Shown in pieces: positions 13,345-26,818 of a stretch of DNA of 64,000 bases (position 1 is the first letter of the stretch; every line of letters begins with the position of its first letter). This DNA comes from Octopus sinensis. Taxonomy: Eukaryota. Made by a program: the position numbers and the translations under genes. The notes beneath the pieces were generated by a model, which was not told the origin of the DNA, did no database searches, and worked only from the letters and a program-made list of their open reading frames with translations. Where the stretch lies: contig NC_043009.1 in the NCBI RefSeq assembly GCF_006345805.1, forward strand, positions 41,106,001 to 41,170,000. The letters run 5' to 3'.

Positions 13345-13995
13345 TAATTTGACCAATATTTTGTAAAATATACGATATGTTTTTGTGTTTATGAGCATGG
13401 AAGAGAGTGAGAATAAATGATTACTTGCGTAGATACAGGTTTGCATATTGTTGTTGTGTAGCTTGGTCACCCCTTGGTCAAGCAGGAATGTAACAAGAAT
13501 AGCTAAGTGCTCAGTTTAACAAGCACCTGATGCTTTTAATTCCTTTAGCAGAAAACTGGCTATGTTGGGTGCTAATATGACCACCAGTGATTTGTGTGTT
13601 GCACATTTGTAGTTGACAATATTATTGTACATCTGTAATTAACAGTGTTACTGCACAGCTGTTGTTGACAGCACTGTTGTACATCTGTAGTTGACGATGC
13701 TATTGTACATCTGTAGTGGACAGTATAGTGGACAGTACTATTGTACATTTGTGGTTGACAGCCCTATTGTACACCTGTAGTTGTCAACTGTGCAGTAACA
13801 CTGTTAATTACAGATGTACAATAATATTGTCAACTATAAATGTGCAACACACAAATCACTGGTGGTCATATTAGCACCCAACATATCCAGTTTTCTGCTA
13901 AAGGAATTAAAAGCATCAGGTGCTTGTTAAACTGAGCACTTAGCTATTCTTGTTACATTCCTGCTTGACCAAGGGGTGACCAAACTACACAACAA
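13345..13995. repeat. Inverted copy of 16068-16522 with a 210-bp fold-back, flanked by 13-bp direct repeats
   Basis: Arms 13449-13658 and 13788-13997 are reverse complements; caggtcaatgaga at 13332-13344 and 13996-14008. Confidence 0.9.
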
Positions 13996-14174
13996 CAGGT
14001 CAATGAGAACTCAGTTCCAACATTTTGCATTTTGTGACTGAGTAGCATTCATGTAATAAAAAAGTTGATGCTCCAAGGAAGCACAGCTAACAGTTTTTTT
14101 ATTAGTTTTAAATAGCTAAAATGGATTCTTTTGCAATATAAATACATATTCAAATAATTAAATCATTAATTTAA

Positions 14175-14401
14175 CCAATTTGACTCCAACATGCCTGAAA
14201 CCACCATTAGTTCCCATGGTGCAAAATCCATGTCACAGAGTGATCTTAGTTTAAAAAACCGTTCATCAAAATATGTTAATTTAAGTTCTAAATACCAGCT
14301 TAAAACAATGATGAAGTTATTTTACAAAATTCTTCATTATTTTCAAAACTAGCTGAAACAAAAACTGTATATTTCAACAAAAATATGGTTTGAAAAATGG
14401 G
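14175..14401. mobile_element. Degraded piggyBac-like MITE
   Basis: TTAA at 14171-14174 and 14402-14405; interior resembles 53468-53689. Confidence 0.55.
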
Positions 14402-14599
14402 TTAAGCAACAGTAAATTATTGAATAATTGAGAATTTGGTGAGAAACACAATATTCCTTAAAATATTTTTTTTCTTTTTTTGACAGTCATTGAAAATACA
14501 GTAAGTATGTATATGTGTTTGTGTGTAGACACTTACATACATACACATATATATGTATAATTATACATATATACTTATATAAATGCATGCATATATGCA

Positions 14600-14637
<38 letters not shown>

Positions 14638-15323
14638 CACACACACAGATGACCTTTGACATTTCACAGAACATAGAGAACCTAGTAGAAAGATATTCTC
14701 CATTAGAAAAAAAAAAAGAGAAATGGCAACATACCAATAGTTAGAGACAACTGAACTGAAGAAACAGTTTACTGGAATAATACAAAGATAAATCGGAACA
14801 TTATTTGGAATACAAAGCAATATATGTGAAACTGACATAACTTGTAAACTAATTGGGCGTTTTTGGCAACCTTTAACTTCATAAAGAACAATGAACCCCA
14901 GAGGAGAGCAACTTAAAGCTAGAGTCGGAGAGAAAAATATCCCTGGCAGTTCCATTGTTGCAGGAATCGATGTCATGACTAACAAGAAACAAATAAAGGA
15001 AAGTTGAACTGGTAAAAGTAATTAATTTGAGTCCGGAGATGTATGCATCCCTTTAGCTTCAGACAATTGTGGTCAGCATAGGAAATGGTTCGACAATGTG
15101 AGTGTTGTCGGGACTGACGCTTGTTAAACCAGTGTTTAGCTTAAGGTCATAGATAGCCTGCAGAGAACTGTATTAAGTGGTGCCAGCGTCTATCAATAAA
15201 ACTCTTTTTCTATACTTACAAATTTGCGTAAATCTTTGTTGCAGTTGCACTGTGCAGTCGCTGAGTTGCTGGTGACAGCGAAAGGTGGCAGTGACTGCTT
15301 TAGCTAGGATTTGCACAGCATAC

Positions 15324-15356
<33 letters not shown>

Positions 15357-15919
15357 ATATATATATGCCACATGCTAGAGAAAGATTTGTTGACAAAAGG
15401 AAAAATCTTTGATAATCTCCAGTGGCCATTGTACGCTACACAAAGTTACCGACAAAAAAAAAAATTTTTTTGTGGAAGTAATTTTTTTCTTTCTTTCTTC
15501 CAATTTTCCTCTTTTAATGATGCTGGTGATCATTGTCATCTTTATCATCATCATCGTTGATACTTTCATCATCACTGTCATCATAATCTATGTCTGCTTT
15601 CCATGCTGGTATGGCTTGGACAGGTTGCCACGGTCAGAGTCAGCACAGATTTGGGGGTACAGCTCATCTAGACAGGTTGGAAGAACTGCATCTTCATAAC
15701 AAATATTCATAATTTATTTATATCATATGAAATATTTATCATTTACCAATCTGACATTTGCCTAAACATAAAATTAGACAAAAAGTAGAACTAGAACTCA
15801 AAAAAGAATATGTCAGTATTAACAGAATTTATTTCAATCTGGCAAAATTAAATCTTTAACTCATCTGTCCAAAAATTTATCATTATCTATACATCTTATA
15901 TCACAATTTGTGTATAATA

Positions 15920-16258
15920 GTTTTGTAATATAGTATTATTGTCAACTATTGATATACAATATTATAGTGAGCTACAGATGTACAATAGCATTATCAACAA
16001 CAGATGTACAATCTTTGTGTCAATTTCAGATGCACAATAGCATTGACAACTGTAGATGTACAATAGTGTTGTCAACTACAGGTGTACAATAGGGCTGTCA
16101 ACCACAAATGTACAATAGTACTGTCCACTATACTGTCCACTACAGATGTACAATAGCATCGTCAACTACAGATGTACAACAGTGCTGTCAACAACAGCTG
16201 TGCAGTAACACTGTTAATTACAGATGTACAATAATATTGTCAACTACAGATGTGCAAC
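15920..16258. repeat. Diverged ~26-bp minisatellite (consensus near tacagatgtacaatagcattgtcaac)
   Basis: Roughly a dozen recognisable units by eye. Confidence 0.85.
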
Positions 16259-16522
16259 ACACAAATCACTGGTGGTCATATTAGCACCCAACATAGCCAG
16301 TTTTCTGCTAAAGGAATTAAAAGCATCAGGTGCTTGTTAAACTGGGCACTTAGCTATTCTCGTTACATTCCTGCTTGACCAAGGGGTGACCAAGCTACAC
16401 AACAACAATATGCAAACCTGTATCTATGCAAGTAATCATTTATTCTCACTCTCTTCCATGCTCATAAACACAAAAACATATCGTATATTTTACAAAATAT
16501 TGGTCAAATTATTTCATTACCT
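16068..16522. repeat. Inverted-repeat partner (probable donor) of 13333-13783
   Basis: Reverse complement aligns continuously with only a few substitutions. Confidence 0.9.
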
Positions 16523-17226
16523 ATTCTGTCCTACTTTTCTCCCTTTTTTTTTCTTTTTTACTAGATCCAAATTATAAATTCTGATACAAGTATATATAGA
16601 AGGAAAAGGGAAAGTAGGGAAGCTACATCATAAAGATAAGATGGACTTGGGATATTTGTTATCATAAACAGAAATATAGTTTTCAAAATGATATCTATCA
16701 GTTATTTCCCAAAAACCATTTTTTCTGCCTAAAGCAACAAGACATCTATAAAGGTTTTATATCTAAATGATGTAAACATACATATGTGTATACACATACA
16801 CACACATATATATATATGCACACACACACACACACAAACATATATACACACATACATGTATATATGTGCTTGTGAGTCTGAGTGGGTGGGTGTATGTATG
16901 TATATGTGTAAATTCTGGTATTATCTCCAAAGTCTCTTCTATTTTACAGCTTTGTGATAAGGTTTCATACTTGAAATCGCACAAAATAGATTCCAGTTTG
17001 CTTGATAGGGCTTTTGGCCCCCACTCTGCCACACCTTACCCCCAACTACTACTGTCACACTAATGTTTTGTTTTAACCTGAAGTGAAATTTAGATAACAA
17101 ACAGCCAGTAGCTTTTTATGCTAGCAAATTCACTCAAATTTTGGCTACATTTTCATATCAAGGAAAGCATATGACAATAAATAACAATGAATAATAATGA
17201 TAATAATGATGATAATGCTAATAATA

Positions 17227-17271
<45 letters not shown>

Positions 17272-17273
<2 letters not shown>

Positions 17274-17817
17274 TAAATGCTCTGATGCAGTACCAGGCAG
17301 TGGCTCTCATGCCTTTTCCTCTTAACTGATTGGACGTTTTATCATGTATATGATTTGTCTTGGTGTAAAAGATGGGCTACAGCAAATATTCTTTTCAACG
17401 CCATAGATTTGCCTGTCAGTTGCTTGACCTTAATCAGTTGAGCATGTCCCTTAGTGGCTGATGATATGTTCATCTCTGGTCAAGAGCAGAAGTAGTGGGG
17501 GAGCATCACAGCCAGGTATTGAGAGGGATTCTTTACAGTTTGAATAATTCACCTCTGGAAACACGGGTCTTTTGTTCAACATCCTTAAACAATCCTTATT
17601 CAGGACAGGCTACTTGACTTGAAGAAAATTCTAAATGGGCCCCACCAGCAAGGCCAAGCGCTGTTTATCTTGATATGAGATCACTATGTCATGCACATAC
17701 CGTTGTGATGCATGTGCCTGGTGTATGCTTATCAGACGGGTAGTCATAATGGGTATAATGGGCTTCATATATTTGTACCCCAGTGTCACTTAGATGGGAT
17801 GCACTGCTCTCTCACGT
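17272..17817 (+). mobile_element. ~550-bp interspersed element flanked on both sides by (AAT)n, copy 1
   Basis: Colinear with 61218-61778 and has the same termini (tataaatgc...ctgctctctcac). Confidence 0.8.
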
Positions 17818-19473
17818 AATAATAATAATGATGATGATGACGATGATGATAATTCTTTTTTAATTGCCACAAGGGCCACAAAAACATTTAGAATAATACA
17901 AAAACATCCAAACTGCAACCTAAGAAGCTGAAAGATATTGGAACTGAGACTAGCAGTATTGACCAACAGGAGAGTGCCATCTTGCAAGTCTGCAAGACAT
18001 CTCCCCCGCCAAAAACAAAAAAATAAATAATAATAATTGAGGTTTAAGGATACTTGTTGGTACTAAATCTCAGGGTAGCACTTCTGCTAATTAAATTAGT
18101 AGGTAATAGCTTTTGAGTAATAATAGTGATCATAATGATGATTATGATGATAATGACAGTGTTGATGATGATGTCAGTAGTGGTGTGACTGCTGCTGCTG
18201 TTGATGATGACAATGAAGAAGAGGATGATGTTGGCGATAATGGTGGTGGTGATGACAATGACAACGAGGATGACAAGAATAACTAGAAAAGGGAGGGGGA
18301 GGAGGAAGATGGTGGTGGTGTCCATGAATGATAGTGACTGAAACTGAAATTACTTTACAGTAATTACTCACAACATTTTTTTTCCTCCCAAACTGCAAAT
18401 ACTCTTTACTCCAAGATGTGTTTATCCTACCACTATTTCTTGTCAAAATAGAATCAAATCAATAAAAGTAGAAATAACACCAACAACAACAACAACAACA
18501 ACACAATAACAGTATTAGGGAAATTGATAGTTAAATTAAGGAATAATTAAAACGTTTCATTTAAAAAAAATTTTTTTTTACATCCTTTATTTTTTTGTTT
18601 TGTTTTGCTTCTCCCAAATTGGAAATCAATTTATTTCAGTATCAACTTTTGCGTAGAATAAGTTTAGATCAGTCATATTGTGTGTTTGTGTGAGAGAATG
18701 AGAAAAAGAGAGAGAGCAAGAGGGAAGAGTGCTACAGAGTTCAAATGAGTTACATGAGAAATTACTGGGAACAACAACAACAACAACAACAGAACAACTG
18801 ACAGAACACAAAAATACATAAAAAGAAGGAATGAAATAATAAAGTAATGCATAGGTACTAAAGTGCAAACACACACACACACACACATATAGATACATAC
18901 ATGCACATATTTACATACATATATAAATACATATATAGTCATACACCATATGTGTATATGTATACATATATTACACAAGTACACACACACTCATATATAT
19001 ATATATATATATATACATATATACACAGATATACAAACATATATATACACATATATACAGATACACACACACATATATACACATATACAGATATACACAC
19101 ACACATATATATATATAAACATATATACATACACACACACATACATATATATATATTTACATATACACACACATATACATATATGTATATGTCAGAAAGC
19201 GAGAGAGAGAGAGAGAGATTGCATCACTTGATAAAATAATAACACTTGCAAAGAGATTCAGTGAAAAGGTGTCGACTAGCGAGAGAACTCCAGAACTCCA
19301 GGATGTTTTATTAAATTTAGATTCGATAACATTGCCAGAGCTGATCAGGGATAATTCTACAGATATTCACGGAGGACTAAGAAGTCAAAAATCTGGTACT
19401 TTGTCTCAAATTGCTTCATTATATGAGCAGAGTGAGAGGAAAAGAATATATATGCACATATATACATACATAC

Positions 19474-19544
<71 letters not shown>

Positions 19545-19880
19545 ATATCTATATATATATATATTATGCATGTATATATACAGAGAGAGAGAGAGGTGGG
19601 AGAGGGAGAGTTTTGCAACCATAGTACCCATTTTTTTTTTTGCTTATATCTGTTGGTGGTTTGTTTTTCCTCTATTTTTATTATTTTAATTTTTGTTGTT
19701 TTCTTTTTCGACAGGGAAGAAATTTAATAAAACTGAAATAACAAATAAGAAGAGGAAGAAGCAAATGTTTTGCTTCATTAATTTAACAAGAAACAGGATT
19801 TTAATGATGATTTGAAACATTAATTTCATTTGCATCATGTATGTATGTAGGAGTTTATGCATGTGTGTGTGTGTGTGTGT

Positions 19881-19917
<37 letters not shown>

Positions 19918-20805
19918 ATGGAATGAGAGAGAAAGCTACAAAGATAGAAATATAGATAAAGAAAGAGATAGACACACACAGACATGCACACAAAGAAAGA
20001 CAAAGAGAGAAATTTGAATAAGCTACCAACAAAAAGGTTATTGGTTAATTTTAAAACAATGATCAACATTTAAGAAAGTCTTGGTAAAGGAAACCAACTA
20101 GAAAAATTCATCAACCGTTAATGTATATATAAAAAAAAAAAAAACGATGCTCAGAAATCAATCAGGCCAAGAATATTCGATATACACCACTAATAAACAC
20201 ACACACGTACACACAAGAACTTGACCCTACACACTTGATCTACCTAATTCATAAACATGAATATAAGCAGACAATGGGCCGATCATTAACTACGGTGCTT
20301 AAATTAGACTATGCTGGCACTGGTGTGAAGAAAAGACAAAAAACAAAAAAACAAAAAAACAAAAAAACAAAAAAAAAACCCCACAGTGATGCACATTGCA
20401 GAATGTCTGTAAAACACAGGAATCAATACATATATATACATATGGCTATACTGAACGACAGTTGCATTCTATGATATACTGATTCCTGGGTGTTTTATTT
20501 ATTTATTTATTTTTAGTAGAAATTAATTGTTTGGCATTTTGGGGTAGTGGCGGGAAGGGCACATAATACACTGCACCATGAATCTAACAAAGCATTTTCA
20601 AATTACACCTTGCATTCATGTGTGTATACATAAATACACACACACACACACACACATGTATGTTTGTATGGATATACATATATATATGTGTGTGTGTGGA
20701 CACGTGAATTGAAATTCCCGCCTTACGCACATAGAGAGAGTGGGAGAGAAAAAGAGAGAGAGAGAGATGTATGTGTGCGTGTGTGTGTGTGTGTATATAT
20801 ATATA

Positions 20806-20937
20806 TCATCATCATCGTTTAATGTCTGTTTTCCATGCTAGCGTGGGTTGGACGGTTCGGCCGGGGTCTGGGAAGCCAAGAGGCTGCACCAGGCTCCAGT
20901 CTGGTCTGACAGTGTTTCTACAGCTTGATGCCCTTCT
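20806..20937 (-). mobile_element. SINE family A fragment abutting a Tc1/mariner remnant
   Basis: catcatcatcgtttaatgtctgttttccatgctagcgtgggttgg...ttgatgcccttct. Confidence 0.7.
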
Positions 20938-20939
20938 GC

Positions 20940-21305
20940 AACTACATCACCCCTAACATCAGGCCACATAACTACCCAGACTGCAACCCCCTTGGCTATT
21001 ATGTGTGGGACACAGTCGAGCGAGAGACCGACAAAACTCCTTGTAACACCAAAGATGAATTGAAAGCAAGGACTACGGCAGCATTCACCAACTGAAACAA
21101 GGAGACCATCCACAATAGTTGCAGGAGACTCCAAAGTCATCCAGAGGCCATGCCTGAAAACAATGGTGATTCTACTGGATAAATTTACTCTTCAGTATTT
21201 CAAGACATTTTTATGTAATTCTGGCAAATACATCCCCTAGAACGAGATGCCAGTGCTACTTTCACATTTACTTAACTTAGACAACAGTTCATTCACCACA
21301 GACTG
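20940..21305 (+). mobile_element. Tc1/mariner-superfamily transposon, 3' remnant
   Basis: 20940-21182 reads NYITPNIRPHNYPDCNPLGYYVWDTVERETDKTPCNTKDELKARTTAAFTN*NKETIHNSCRR..., a decayed WPPNSPDLNPLDYxVW motif region with one in-frame stop; ends in CTG followed by TA at 21303-21307. Confidence 0.85.
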
Positions 21306-21760
21306 TATATTTATTTTTCTAAATTCTTAAAGATTTAAGAAACTGGTAGTTTCAGAGATTTCTCTGATTTTCAGAAGTCGAGCTGGAAAGACAAGAAGCT
21401 ATGCTGAAACTGTCTTGCTTCTGAATGAAGTCTAAAAATTCTTGTTTTTATAGAAAGAACATGGTTTAAATTAGTATCTACTTTTGGATATGGTTTGATT
21501 GGCTGAGGATGATTGTGTGATTAGGTTTGGAAATTTTTGTAAGTTCCTGGCTATGTCCATTCTCTAATGTCATGTGACATTATGTTTGGTGCCATAAGTT
21601 AAAGCTATCATGAAGGGGTGATAGATTATCTGAGTTCCTTGAACAAGGATAATTACACCCTGATGTACTAAATCTCTAAGCCAGTTTTAATTTGCAATTC
21701 TAGTTGTTTGAACTAATTAACATGCTTCTTGCTCCAGAATGGTACACTAATAGTACAATA

Positions 21761-21800
<40 letters not shown>

Positions 21801-22215
21801 TGTGTGTGTGTGTGTGTGCGTGCGTTGGTGTTTTTGTGTCAACATGGCAGAATAGAGAGAAGTTTTCTGTGCAATCATTAGGTCTGAGGTTTGATTGTGC
21901 AGCTCAGCATTTCAGATCTACCCAAGCACTCTATGTGAAGTTGAGAACTGGTTGGGTGGAAACTGTGTGGAAGCTTGTTGGAATCAACAGTATTTGTAAT
22001 CCAAATGCTCAATTTTGCTATACACTGCATCAAGTTGTTTCTTCTGCCTATACATTAAGGGCACACATGTCAGTGGAATACTTGGCCACTCACACTATAC
22101 ATCAAAAAGAGCATAGTAATGTATCTATTCATTCTTATAATATGGTGCCAGATTGAAACATGAATATGCTGATGTGTGATCATAACACACACACAGTTCA
22201 TTCACATAAATGACA

Positions 22216-22356
22216 GAAGACTCATACCCTGCAGCAGAAGTGATAAGACCGATCCTTCTGGTTGTGCAAAGCACTCATGGTGGAGCCACATAAAAGCACC
22301 TGTGTGGTACCATGTAAAACAGCCCATGTGGTGACACGTAAAAGTGCCTGTGCAGC
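22216..22356 (+). mobile_element. 5' segment of family A with ~22-bp internal tandem units, joined to a SINE C fragment
   Basis: Matches 55363-55560 (gaagac.catacc...gcagaagtgataagac; ca.gtaaaagcacc units). Confidence 0.7.
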
Positions 22357-23810
22357 TTACTTCCCAAACCACATGGTTCAGGGTTCAATCCCATAGTGTG
22401 GCACCTTGGGCAAGTGTCTTTTACTATAGCCTTGGGCTGACCAAAGATTTGGGAGATTTGGGAGAAAGAAGCCCATTGGATATATATGTGTATATGTATG
22501 TATGTATATACATAAATTATTAGAGAGTTATCCACTATGTGGATAACTCTAGTGCTAAAAATAGCTCCGAAGCAACCACAGAAGATCCGTTTCCAACTAG
22601 AATCAACACACCATAGTTTTTTGTGCTAAGCCACTTGGTGTTAAATTGACGGTATTATTAAATTAATATCGATTTTTCACCCTCATTTATAATTTTGTAT
22701 GTATGTATATATATCTGTGTGTCTCTTTGTGTCTGTATTTGCTTCCCTCCCTCCCCATCACCATTTGACAACTGGTGTTGGTGTGTTTACATCCCCGTAA
22801 CTTAGTGGTTCAACAAGAGAGACCGACAGAATAAGTACAAGACTAAAGAAATAAGCCCTGAGGTCAATCTGTATGACTAAAACCCTTCAAGGTGATGCTC
22901 CAGTATAGCCAGTCAAAAGACTGAAACAAGTATATATATATAAAAAAAAATGTCTGTTAATTCCATATCATGATAGTTCCAGGCAGGTCTGCATCTACTT
23001 CATACTTGTTTAAATTTCTAGCCAACTCCAGAATTTTATATATGAAAAGACAAAGTTGATTTCAGACAATATTTATGCAGATATCGCTATGTCTTTTATA
23101 AGTTTGCTTCCTAACCATCTGGCTTTAGAGTCAGGCCAACTGTGTAGCACCTTGGGCAAGTGTCTTCAACCAAAACCTAATGAATAGATTCTATCGATAA
23201 AAACTGTAAGAAGTTCATAATAATGATAATAAAAGTGGTTTAGATGGTGGTGGTAGTGGTAGCAGTGGATAGGTAACTTCCTTCACACACTTTCCTTCAG
23301 ATTTGTATATGTCTTTAGAAAAACAACACTAAAACCCCATTTACGATCATAATTTCTTTGCAGGTGACCATTTTATATTCCATATACATAAGTTTGCAGG
23401 TTGTTCTTCAGAACATCTCAAAACCACATGGCACTTCTCCAAACAGGAGCATATTGAAGTAATTACGTGTTTTATATTCCCAAGACTTATTCCGCTCAAT
23501 ATAAATAACAAGTGTCTAAGACTATATGCATATATATTTATGTACCCAATATATTTATTAATAACAGCACCTGATACTTGTAGAAGTAGACCTTCCAAGT
23601 TAAGCCCTCAAAATTGCATGTCTACGATACAGGTGCTGTAAAGAAGGACACACATGATGCGAGCCACATAAACCTTTACTTATTTTTGTTTGACAGCAAT
23701 GATTTTGATTTTCCAAACACATTTAGACAGCTGGCTGAAGGTGAAGACGGGTTTTTTTTATAATGTGGATATTTATTTTCCACAAACTTACACACCTTGT
23801 CTGTCTGGCA

Positions 23811-23841
<31 letters not shown>

Positions 23842-23966
23842 TGTGTACATGTAAGAGTGTGCAAGAAGAGTTCTGCTTGCGTGTTTACGGTTTTAAAAAG
23901 ACACATGTGTAGAAAATTAAGTGAATATAAAACAAGACAAAAGTGAGGGTGTAGAGGGAATTGAAC

Positions 23967-23997
<31 letters not shown>

Positions 23998-24207
23998 TAA
24001 TAATAACAATAATCCTTGGATGGAATTTATAAATATTTTAATGCACTGCTCCAGGCATTTCCAAAAATCACATGTCCTTAGATCACAATTGATATTCCCA
24101 GGATGATTACAGTGTAGTTCGTAGTATCAGTGGGTATCGGGTAGATCATCTTCATGGATTCAATTCTTCAGGCAATAATAGCATTAATGGACACCTCAGT
24201 CACATAC

Positions 24208-24439
24208 CTATTTCTTTACAACCCACAAGGGGCTAAACACAGAGGAGACAAACAGGACAGACAAACGGATTAAGTCGATTATATCGGCCCCAGTGCGTAA
24301 CTGGTACTTAATTTATCGACCCCAAAAGGATGAAAGGCAAAGTCGACCTCGGCGGAATTTGAACTCAGAACGCAACGGCAGATGAAATACCGCTAAGCAT
24401 TTCACCCAGCGTGCTAACGGTTCTGCCAGCTCGCCGCCT
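24208..24439 (-). mobile_element. Full-length SINE family B with 12-bp TSD
   Basis: TSD tcagtcacatac at 24196-24207 and 24440-24451; head aaggcggcgagctggcagaa...gagttcaaattccgcc. Confidence 0.92.
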
Positions 24440-24821
24440 TCAGTCACATACTTTAAGGAATAATCAAACCTCTGTTGAAAATCCATTTAATGTTATATTG
24501 CCTGAAGAAATGAATCCATGAAAACGATCTACCTGATGACCACAGATACAATGGACTACAATGTAATCATCCCAGGAATATGGACTGTGATCTTAAGAGA
24601 TATGTGATTTGTGCAAACACACATAGCAATGCATTAAATCATTTATAAATTCCATTCAAAGATTATTGTTGTTATTACTATATCTATCCTACATTATATC
24701 GGTACAACTTGGTGCAACTCCCAAAAATGGTGCACCAGTCAGCATCATTAGACTATAGCCAGCATAATGGAACAGGGGCTTTATCTATAAATTCAAAATG
24801 TTTCCTGTAAGCAAATTTAAA

Positions 24822-24885
<64 letters not shown>

Positions 24886-26777
24886 TATACATATATATAT
24901 ATACATATATATATATACATATATATATATATTATATATATATGGGCTGGAGGGGTTGCATCCATGCACTCACACACAGCAGTGAAATAGGTGCCAAGAC
25001 TTCAGAAATTAATTATACCTAGAGGATGTAAATAATCTGACTTCGAAGTCATTTCAGAAGTCTGCATTCATCTTTTTCCAGAGAAACCTTCTGTAATATG
25101 CAAGACTGGTGGATACCATTTATCTCTCTCTCTCTCTCTCTCTCTCTGGACAGTGACTGCCCATCCAATGTGTACTTAACAAGGAAAGCAGATATCAAAT
25201 GAGATGATAAGGATATGTGTGTACATGTGCGCACATATATGTATGGGTAGACAGACAAATAAACACACAGACAGAGCTGGGTAATTGAAAAGAGGATAGA
25301 TATATAAATAGATATATAGATGGAAAGACAGGCAGATAGATAAATAAAAAAGAAAAATGGAGAGTTACATAGATATATGAAAAATATTTTGATGGATATA
25401 TACGTAGGACAGAAGAGAGAAGGGGGAAGGAGAGAGAGAGAGAGAGATGGATGAGCAAACAGACAGACAGACAAATATATAAATAGATAGATACACAGAG
25501 AGATAGATTCATAGATGAATAGATATATAGATAGATAAATTCATAGATAAAGAGATAAATCAATTGAGAAAATGATAGATGACTCAATGGATAAGGAAGA
25601 TAATGAACGGAAATTGAACATATTTTAAATATGTTAAACAAATAAAGAATTAAACTCAATTGTAGGCCTGCTGCCTTACAATGAGGGCTAAATATACCAA
25701 AACCCTGTACCCCGCACCCACAACCAGCCTCAAAAAAAAAAAAAAAAAAAAAAAAAAGCAGGGTTTTAAAATAAAGTGAAGATGTTGTTTTAAAAGTCTA
25801 GCTTAATGTCTCATTTTCCATTTTCTTCTTTTGTAAAATTCTGTTTGGAATGTTTAATACAAAGACTTTCCATAGATCTATAGATTGCACATGTAAGTGA
25901 AATAGAACATTTTTTTTTTCTAGGAATATTGGTTATTACATGTAGGCTATTTGAGATCCATCTCTTTGATGTAATCACAGATGAAAATCCGAGATAGAAA
26001 AAGAAAAGTATCAAAAAAAGAAATATAAAAAAACTCAAAACAATTTAAAAACACACGGACACACACACAAATACAAATAAAGGAATACACACATTTTTAC
26101 ACACTCGCATTGAAAATGAAACAAAACAGACAAAAAAAAAACCCACTTTAAATAAAAAAAAAAAATTTAAATAAAAGACTTTTCCATATTAGGAAAAGTG
26201 ACATATTGTGAATAACTATCGTTGTATACAATCGATTGCTATTTATGAAAATAAAAAAAAAATCTCAAACTAAAAACTTTCCAAAAATGAAAGAACAAAA
26301 GGAGAATAAGGAAAAATAAAACTAAATTTAAAAAAAAAAACAAAGATAAGAAAAAATTTTTTAATTATTTCACAAAAACTTAACACATATATCTTTATAA
26401 CATACAAAAACAACAATGGGTTTGAAACCTATAATTTCCCCAAATATCACGATATACATATATATATATATATATTTATAAAATGCTCTCTTCCCTCCTA
26501 ATACTGCTCTCAGTTCAATAATTAGGACTGAACATGATAATAATTTTACACAGGAAAAAACAGAGATTCAAGGAGAGGGGGTGGGTAACATAATTTTCTT
26601 TTCTCTCTACTTAGTTTCTCTCTTTTTTTTTTCCTTTCTTTTTTTTTTCTTTGTCTTTTTCTATCAGGCGATTCCAATTGGAAATTCAGGCAATATATTA
26701 TTAGATAATAAATGAAGAACAAAGAATAAATAACAAATAAATTGATAAATTGAAATACAAAAATACAGAATAATAAC

Positions 26778-26818
<41 letters not shown>

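Noticed and set aside
16965-17032. Peptide GPKALSSKLESILCDFKY resembling a late BCAT exon (GPKLASRILSKLTDIQY)
   Set aside because: Needs a gap, has an in-frame stop immediately upstream with no acceptor, and intervening exons are missing; probably chance.
19269-19440. Protein-like stretch STSERTPELQDVLLNLDSITLPELIRD
   Set aside because: No start codon or acceptor tract, runs into a microsatellite, and no recognised homology.
22524-22550. Inverted DnaA-box-like motifs (ttatccac / gtggataa)
   Set aside because: No bacterial sequence context; treated only as a hairpin.
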